A stretch of DNA of 37,601 nt from Octopus bimaculoides. Its lineage: Eukaryota. The stretch lies in the NCBI RefSeq assembly GCF_001194135.2, contig NC_068986.1, positions 997,501-1,035,101 on the forward strand, written 5' to 3'. Positions 30,326-37,601 of the stretch are shown here, one piece after another; positions within the stretch are counted from its first letter, which is position 1, and each line of letters starts with the position of its first letter. A model generated the notes under the pieces. The model was given only the letters and a program-made list of their open reading frames with translations, ran no database searches and had not been told where the DNA came from. Both the position numbers and the translations under genes were made by a program.

Positions 30326-32670
30326 TCAAATGAAAGATCTTTTGAAAAATGTGGACATATATATGAAAAGTTTATATTCTGAACAAAAAGCCCCCCNNNN
30401 NNNNNNCTTTTCTACTTCATGGTGAATTCAGTATCATGTAGTCTTCAAAATTCTCTCTTCATGAATAATTTCTAAGCAACCTGTGTTCCAGATTCCTGCA
30501 GCAAAGGTAACAGCAATAAACACGAACGTTTCTCCTAATATTTTTTAACCCTGCTGTTGAACCTTGACCATAATTATGCCCCGTGGTGGTCATTGTATAT
30601 AACAAACCAAGGTGTTCACTCTGTATATAAAAAGTTTCTTCTCTTTCCAACAAAGAAGGTTTGGGGGCAGGGTCTAGTGTTGGAGGATAGTGATAATACT
30701 AATAGGTGTGTAGTGGTGGCAGCAGTGTCAGTGGTGTTTTGGTTATTATTGGAAGGGTCTCTTGTTACAGTTGTGTCTGAAAATATTGACTGCTTTTGCT
30801 ACTAGATGGGTTATCTTTCATTTTACTTTCACTTTTGAAACTAATGGAAATCAAAACCACACCAGAATGCTTTTGCTGTTAGCTGTGATTCTTTTTTTTT
30901 TTTTTTTCTTCTCCAAATCCATCTTTGAAATTAAGTGCAATTTATTTCATGTTAGGGAAACTGGTTTGGGTTTTTTTTTTAATTTTGTCTTTAAAAAGGA
31001 TTTTTTAAATGAAGAAAATATTTTTGTTAGCTTATCACTGCTGCTGCCCCCACATCTTTGATCCTTCCATTTTTGTCATTGCCCAACTGAAATCTAAATT
31101 GGCCATATTCTTCATTAGGAAGCGCCTGTTTCCATGACAACATACTAATAAGCATCATAAGTCTTTATTGTTATTGTCATATTTAAAGAAGAAATGTATT
31201 GTCTTCAAAGATAAAAGATTTTAATATTGCTTTGGCTTAATTTAAAAAAAAAAAAATTTAGTTTCTGTAATGAAAAAGGAGCCAAAACTTTGTGAATAAC
31301 CTACTTGTTAAAGTACAAAGAATAACCTACTTGTTAAAGTACAAAGAGGTGTGCATCATTCTCTGTGACTTAAGTACACTTTTCATTCTATTTTCTTTAC
31401 TTTCTAATGATTTTTTTTTTTCTTTTTGGTTGATCGTTTCTTAAAATTTCTTTACAAAATCAGTAAAAATAGTTTGACATTTTTTGTGTCATTAAAGTAA
31501 ATTGATCCATCGACCATTGCTAACCTCTCCCTGCATATATTCTCTTTCTCTGTCTCTCGTTATTTATCCTCTTGCGGAATCTTTGGTCACTCTTCCAGGA
31601 CTTCATTCTAAAAGTGATTACCTGACAAATTATTCAAGTTAGATATTTTACTGAAATAAAATTTTTTGTAAGAATTTTTTATTTTTTTATTTATTTATTT
31701 TTTTTCATTTTATTTTAATAAAAGAGACAAATGTAAAAAACATGTTCCTTGGAACACTTTAAAGTAGGAAGGATGTAGATTCTATTGAAAAACTGTTTTG
31801 TACACTTAACATCATTTTAAAACATTGATGTATGATTTTGGGGAGAGGAGGTGAAAATGACACAATCAAAAATGCAAATTTTGGTTAAATCAAGAAGTGT
31901 GATGGTGGTAGTAATAAGTGTTACTTAAATAAATTTTAAAAAATCATTAAAAAAAAGATTTATTTTTCTAAACTCTCTACAGAGCTAGAAGTGCTTTTGT
32001 CAATCATTTCACTATTTTATTCAATAAGTTGAGCTGCGTAAATTCCTCTGAGGTTCTGTTCTACATTTCTGCTGGTTCATTTTCGTTAAAGAAAATATCA
32101 ATGAATCAGTTGTAAAGGTGTTATGGAATAGGGAAGTAAAATTCATTCTAAGATGTCATAACCTTGTAACCTTTTCTAGTTGTATTAATTATAAATTAAT
32201 GTAATTAGAAAACACGCACATGTTTGTATAGACACAGATTTTTGCCATGGTCTGAATTTAATAACAACAACAAAATATGTGAATTACTCACGTGGAGGAA
32301 TTAATTGAACGAAAAGCTTGCTCCGGACTAATTTTATTATTTCCAAAATTTTAGATTTTTTTGTTAATTTCACTCCAATTGCTCAATAATTTCTCTGCTA
32401 CCACCGCCACAACCTTTAGATTTTTTTTTTTTTTTTTTTTCTGTGTATTTTTCAAGGTTATGTTTCTAGTCACAAATGCTGCTTGAAATTAAAACACAAA
32501 TGAGTAACTAAGATGTGTGAGATATTTATCAAAAGGCAGCTTTATTATGCAGCAGTAAACATATTTTCAATCTTTATCCCTCCCAATGATGGTAAGAGAA
32601 ATTGGAAGAAGAAAAAAAAAACAAGAAGCACTAATGAAATAAAAGCAATTAAAGAAAAAAAAAAAGAAAT
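30326..32670 (+). other. Putative long 3'UTR of SNX6
   Basis: U/A-rich, with no recognisable SINE/LINE fragments until about 32910. AATAAA at 31717, 31928 and 32638; the last is followed by ATTAAA and a downstream GT-rich tract. The real cleavage site is unknown. Confidence 0.5.
31294..31345. repeat. Perfect 26-bp tandem duplication in the putative 3'UTR
   Basis: gaataacctacttgttaaagtacaaa occurs twice (31294-31319, 31320-31345). Confidence 0.9.
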
Positions 32671-32909
32671 GAAAATGTTGGCTTGTCCTGTTTTTGTTTC
32701 ATGTTCCTTTCACTAATTTGATGAAGTTTTGTTTTTATTTCTTTACTTTTCATCACATATTTTTTGTATTTGAAAAACAGTTTTCCTTGTAGATTCTTAT
32801 AAGTATTTTTTTTCTCTCTCTCAATCCTGTTTGTTGCTGTTCAACTTCAGGTTAACCATTATTTCAGCTGACTCGGGTCTTTTATTCAAACATACAATTT
32901 ATGTCAACG

Positions 32910-32990
32910 TGTTGCCATCTGGTTTCACCAGTCCTCAGTCGAATCGTCCAACCCATGCTAGCATGGAAAGCGGACGTTAAACGATGATGG
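32910..32990 (+). mobile_element. Young RTE 3' tail fragment
   Basis: gccatctggtttcaccagtcctcagtcgaatcgtccaacccatgctagcatggaaagcggacgttaaacgatgatg, nearly identical to 3574-3650. Confidence 0.8.
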
Positions 32991-33059
32991 AAAATGAACA
33001 TAAAAGTGATAAGTTATCTACATTATCTAATGTACACTTTTTTTTTTTAAGGTGATAGT

Positions 33060-34015
33060 GTGATTTGTGACGGAGATGGGATGCTTGAACGGAGACGAGT
33101 AGATTTGTGCTGCATCCAAGAAGTAAGATGGAGAGAAGGATCCGCGAGGTTCCTCACTGGCAAAGAACACAGGTATAAGATTTTCTGGGCAGGGAACACT
33201 GACGGGGTCGGGGGCGTGAGAATACTCCTAGCAGAGAAATGGGTTGATAAGGTAAACGAGGTAGTCAGAGTACTTAAGATTAGACCAGTGCTTCATAGAT
33301 TAGCTACTATCGTCTTGGCCTATGCCCCTCCACCGGGGCTACCGGATGGGCTGAAAGACCAATTCTATGACACCCTCCTGCAAACTACCTCATTGACGAA
33401 TGACAGGGACCTTTTCTTTGTGGCTGGTGACTTCAATGGTCATGTTAGACGTCGTGCAGGTGGCTTACATGGAGGCTATGGCTTCGGTTCCTGCAATGAG
33501 GAGGGAACCAGACTGCTGGAGTTCTGTGATGCAAACGATCTTATGGTTTGCAATGCCAACTTCAGGAAACCTGCCAGTCACCAAGTCACCTCCCATTCCG
33601 GTAGACACTCTAGCCAAATCGACTACATCCTCGCCAGAAATAGGGAAAGAGGGCAGCTTATAAATGCCAAAACCTTCCCTGGCGAAGAATGTACCCCTCA
33701 ATACAGATTAGTAGTTAGCGACTTCGGGATCAAGGCAAAAAGGATACCCAGAAGTAGACCGGCTTGGAGGAGAAGGGTTTGGAAGCTTAAAGACCCTGCA
33801 AATGGTCAGAGATTTAGAGACATACTACTTGAAGCATTTGACAAAATAGAAGGGGATATAGCATACAATGTGGAAGACAACTGGAGGTTTCTACAGGACA
33901 ACCTGCTGAGAACCACCGACCAGATCTGTGGCTGGCATAAAGTCCCCTCTCGACCCAAAGTAACGTGGTGGTGGAACAATGTGGTTGACAGGGCTATTAG
34001 ACAAAAGAAACAGGG
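33060..34015 (+). mobile_element. RTE-clade LINE fragment: apurinic endonuclease domain plus linker, no RT
   Basis: 320-aa ORF with CIQEVRW, GVGG, AYAP, GDFNGH, SQIDY and WWWN; small in-frame deletions; catalytic His position reads PQYRL. Confidence 0.9.
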
Positions 34016-34734
34016 ATGCTGATGTTTAGGTTTTTGTAGGGAAAACACAAACTAAGAATGATAGACAAAATTACTTTAAGGATTCTTCTAAAGGAGGAAG
34101 ATACTATAGAAAAAACATAATTGTAATCAATAAAGTTTGAAGTGTAAAAATATTAGAATTGACAGGTTGTGTGAGAGACTGGAGGTAGCATGTGAGGATC
34201 TTTGCTAGAAATCACAGGCATATTCCTCATAAGCTAAAGTGAATCTATTGCTAGCATCTCAGAAATAAGTTGGTTTAAAATATTGAAGCATGGCCTATCA
34301 GAAAATGGTGATATTGATATGATGATTTTATATTTGATATGTGTTTTAATCTAGAATGCTACATGCCAGATGCTTTGGATAACCTGGAATAAAATTACTT
34401 GGGTCACCTAAGTCTTTTGAAGAATGGAGGAGTGGAGTGCACCACTGAAATAGAAATTTGGAGTAATTGATTCACAGTTGTTAACAAATGACATGACAAC
34501 TAATAAAATTTTGTTTTTCTGTTTGGATGGGAACTGATTTGAGGTAGGATTTTATGGAGGGATGGTTTTTTTCCTATACCCCAACCTCACCTAGTTTTCG
34601 AGTAGGGGATTTTTTCTATTCTATAGATTTTTGAAAGTGCAGTATGATTAGTTAAGAAATGCAAGCTCTGTCATTGTTTCACTCAAATGGTAACATGCAT
34701 GCCATGAAATATCAACATTCACACAGATATACAC

Positions 34735-34890
34735 ACACTCACACAAATGTATAATGGGTTTTTCACAGTTTCTCTCTACTAAATTTACCCATAAGGCATT
34801 AGTTGAGGCTAGAAGATAAAATGTTGCACAGTGGGACTGGACCTCAAACCATGTGGTTGTGAAGCAAACTTCTTACCCAAACAGCCTTGC
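34735..34890 (-). mobile_element. tRNA-type SINE head
   Basis: cagtgggactggacctcaaaccatgtggttgtgaagcaaacttcttacccaaacagcc. Confidence 0.7.
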
Positions 34891-35757
34891 TGGGTCCTTA
34901 AATATGTAAAAAATAAGCCTGCAAAAACTAAAATTTAATACATTTTCATTTTTGTTTTTTCTGCCATATTCTTATTATCATTGTTTTATCAGTAATGATA
35001 GATAAGCTAGTGGAGTAAATAGGAGACAGAAACCAGGCTTTTTGATGTATCATCTTTCTAACCAGATCTGTGTTGTGTTCTTGATAAGGGCAATTAATTT
35101 TTAGTGGCCTAATTACCTCAGCTGTAAATAGGTACCATTAATAGTTCACTGATGTTGATAGCAGAGCTTTCTATAATTAACAAGTGTTTTTTTTTTTTCT
35201 TTTAAGCTTATATGTTAACTACTTGTAGGAATATAACTTGGAGAAGGATAATCCATAATAAGCTGGCTTGCATTAGATAGTGTCTCAAGCACTTACTTGG
35301 AAACCCCTATAAGTTATAGGAAGTATGATTGTGTTTCAAGGAGCATGAAAGCACTACATTAAAATGAACTTCAATCTTGCTTGCTTGCAATGTTACACAG
35401 CCAAACCGGCGCTTAATAGGAAAATGCTTTGAAAGTAAAGTGCTCCTAAAATGTGAATACAAATGGAATAAAACAAGTTTCATGTGAATTTCACCAGTGG
35501 TTATTGGGATATTCAGGGTTTTGTGGGTATAAATACCCAAAATGGTGCATAATGGGAAAATACTCCAGAAATAACTTAACCTTGGAAGGGAAGAAACTAA
35601 CATTTCCATTAGATACATTATGATGAGCAAAATATTTTTAAGTGAAAATGACTTTAAAAATACAGTATTTCATAAAAGACCCATTCATAACCTCAGTGCG
35701 AAATAGTTTTTTTTCCTTAGATTTCTTTTGAGTGCATTCAATGTATCTCACCCCCAA

Positions 35758-35872
35758 AGATTTGGCTGCTATTTCTAGCACGCCCTGCTACCACGTAGCA
35801 GCTATTTGTGATAATGGACCTGAAATACCTGTTACGTGGTTGCAGGGCGTGCAAAAAATAGCAGCCAAATCT
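35758..35872. repeat. 115-bp foldback (long inverted repeat, MITE-like)
   Basis: Arms agatttggctgctatttctagcacgccctgctaccacgtagca and the reverse complement of tgttacgtggttgcagggcgtgcaaaaaatagcagccaaatct match 39/43, extendable to about 45/50; loop about 15 nt. Confidence 0.85.
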
Positions 35873-36049
35873 GTCTTTTTCTCTTCTTCTGGGGAAAAGA
35901 GCCATTTATGCTTGATTTCATTGAAAGTATGTGAAATAACCTGGAAAAGAAAAAAAAACCCATGAAACAAAACTCCGTTGCTTGGAAACTGAGACTTTCC
36001 TGGAACCTTGAATTATTGGTGATCCAACGGGTCACAGGTAGTCTAGTAT

Positions 36050-36056
36050 CTATCTA

Positions 36057-36088
<32 letters not shown>
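36050..36088. repeat. (TCTA)n(TA)n microsatellite
   Basis: Directly visible. Confidence 0.85.
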
Positions 36089-36092
<4 letters not shown>

Positions 36093-36361
36093 TGAGGATA
36101 TTATTGTTTGTGGTTTAACATACATAAAAAACCCATAAAGGTAAACATTATCAATCAATAATTAAGGGTACTAACAGGTAGAGCCAGCACACTAACATAA
36201 CAGTCACAATGACCAAATCATTAGCTTTCACTTTAACACGAAGGTGAAATCGGGCCTGATTTCACCTTTGTGTCTAAATGAAAGCTTGTGGTTTGGTCAT
36301 TTTGACTACTATGTTAGTGTGCTAGGACTGCCTGTTAGTACCCTTAATTATCAATACACAC

Positions 36362-37601
36362 GCAAACTACCTCCTCGACGAGTGACAGGGACCTTCTCTT
36401 TGTGGCTGGAGACTTCAACGGTCATGTCGGACGTCGTGCTGGAGGCTTCCATGGCATACATGGAGGCTATGGCTTCGGTTCCCGCAACGAGGAGGGAACC
36501 AGACTGCTGGAGTTCTGTGATGCAACCGATCTTATGGTCTGCAATACCAACTTCAGGGAACCTGCCAGTCACCTAGTCACCTACCGCTCCGGCAGACACT
36601 CTAGCCAAATCGACTACATCCTCGCCAGAAATAGGGAAAGAGGGCGGCTTATAAATGCCAAAACCTACCCTGGCGAAGAATGTACCCCACAACGTAGATT
36701 AGTAGTNNNNNNNNNNNNNNNNNNNNNNNNNNNNNNNNNNNNNNNNNNNNNNNNNNNNNNNNNNNNNNNNNNNNNNNNNNNNNNNNNNNNNNNNNNNNNN
36801 NNNNNNNNNNNNNNNNNNNNNNNNNNNNNNNNNNNNNNNNNNNNNNNNNNNNNNNNNNNNNNNNNNNNNNNNNNNNNNNNNNNNNNNNNNNNNNNNNNNN
36901 NNNNNNNNNNNNNNNNNNNNNNNNNNNNNNNNNNNNNNNNNNNNNNNNNNNNNNNNNNNNNNNNNNNNNNNNNNNNNNNNNNNNNNNNNNNNNNNNNNNN
37001 NNNNNNNNNNNNNNNNNNNNNNNNNNNNNNNNNNNNNNNNNNNNNNNNNNNNNNNNNNNNNNNNNNNNNNNNNNNNNNNNNNNNNNNNNNNNNNNNNNNN
37101 NNNNNNNNNNNNNNNNNNNNNNNNNCAAGTTACTTGAAGCATTTAACGAAATAGAAGGGGATATAGCATCATACAACGTGGAAGACAATTGGAGATTTCT
37201 GCGGGACAACCTGTTGAAAGCCACCGACCAGATTTGTGGGTGGTGTAAGGTCCCCTCCCGACCCAGAGTAACGTGGTGGTGGAACAAGGAGGTAGACAGG
37301 GCTATTAGACAAAAGAAACAGGCTTGGAAGGACTGGAAGAACGGTGGTAGCAGGGAATTGTACCAATGTGCCAGAAGGGAGGCTAGGCGACAGGTTTATT
37401 TAGTCAGAGGGGAAGCAGATAAGGAAAGATTTGCCAATGTCCGTGACGACCAAAGACTCGAGGTATTTTGTGTTGCAAGACAGTGTAGGAGAGAAATGTG
37501 TTCGCATGGATGATGGTACGCTTGCACTAAATGAGGATGCAAAGAAAGAGGTCTGGAGATGCCACTACGATAGATTGCTTAATAAAGAGAATGAATGGGA
37601 G
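36362..37601 (+). mobile_element. Second RTE LINE copy (5'-truncated, spans an assembly gap, runs off the window end)
   Basis: GDFNGHVG, RNEEGTRLLEF, SQIDY, WWWNKEVD; roughly 88-90% identical to 33370-34015 by eye; frameshifting deletion near 37485, after which GEKCVRMDDGTLALNEDAKKEVWRCHYDRLLNKENEWE is in another frame. Confidence 0.9.
36707..37125. other. Assembly gap (about 419 N); a second small gap lies at 30397-30406
   Basis: Runs of N. Confidence 0.95.

Noticed and set aside
30594-30629. Two Pumilio-type TGTATATA motifs in the 3'UTR
   Set aside because: Close to chance expectation in 2.6 kb of AT-rich sequence, and conservation cannot be assessed here.
33060-34022. 320-aa ORF as a host gene (often auto-annotated as craniofacial development protein 2-like)
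   Set aside because: It is intronless, has a close paralogue 3 kb away and carries RTE endonuclease motifs, so it is a LINE fragment.
1-37601. CRISPR arrays, rRNA, bona fide tRNA genes or prokaryotic systems
   Set aside because: There is no repeat-spacer periodicity, and the tRNA-like segments are SINE heads without a full cloverleaf. The sequence is spliced eukaryotic DNA.

Overview
AT-rich, microsatellite- and transposon-rich eukaryotic genomic DNA. The repeat families and base composition suggest an Octopus-type cephalopod, which is inference only. The one host gene is a + strand sorting nexin of the SNX5/6/32 family (SNX6-like, PX+BAR). I traced 12 coding exons by hand from 8312 to the TAA at 30323-30325. 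All introns are GT-AG, phases are consistent, and the spliced frame is open for 388 aa. The start codon and about 18 N-terminal residues were not found with confidence. A roughly 2.6 kb transposon-free putative 3'UTR follows. The introns and flanks hold many RTE-LINE 3' ends, tRNA-type SINEs, a HERO-like (restriction-like endonuclease) retrotransposon relic, a Penelope-like GIY-YIG relic, two hAT MITEs and a piggyBac-like MITE. Two RTE endonuclease-domain fragments lie at the 3' end of the window. Nearly all short ORFs in the supplied track are repeat-derived or spurious. I found no clearly new protein-coding system. The most interesting signals are a shared LINE/SINE tail stem-loop, outward-facing palindromic tail elements, a 115-bp foldback, the HERO relic and an apparently shifted SNX6 intron.
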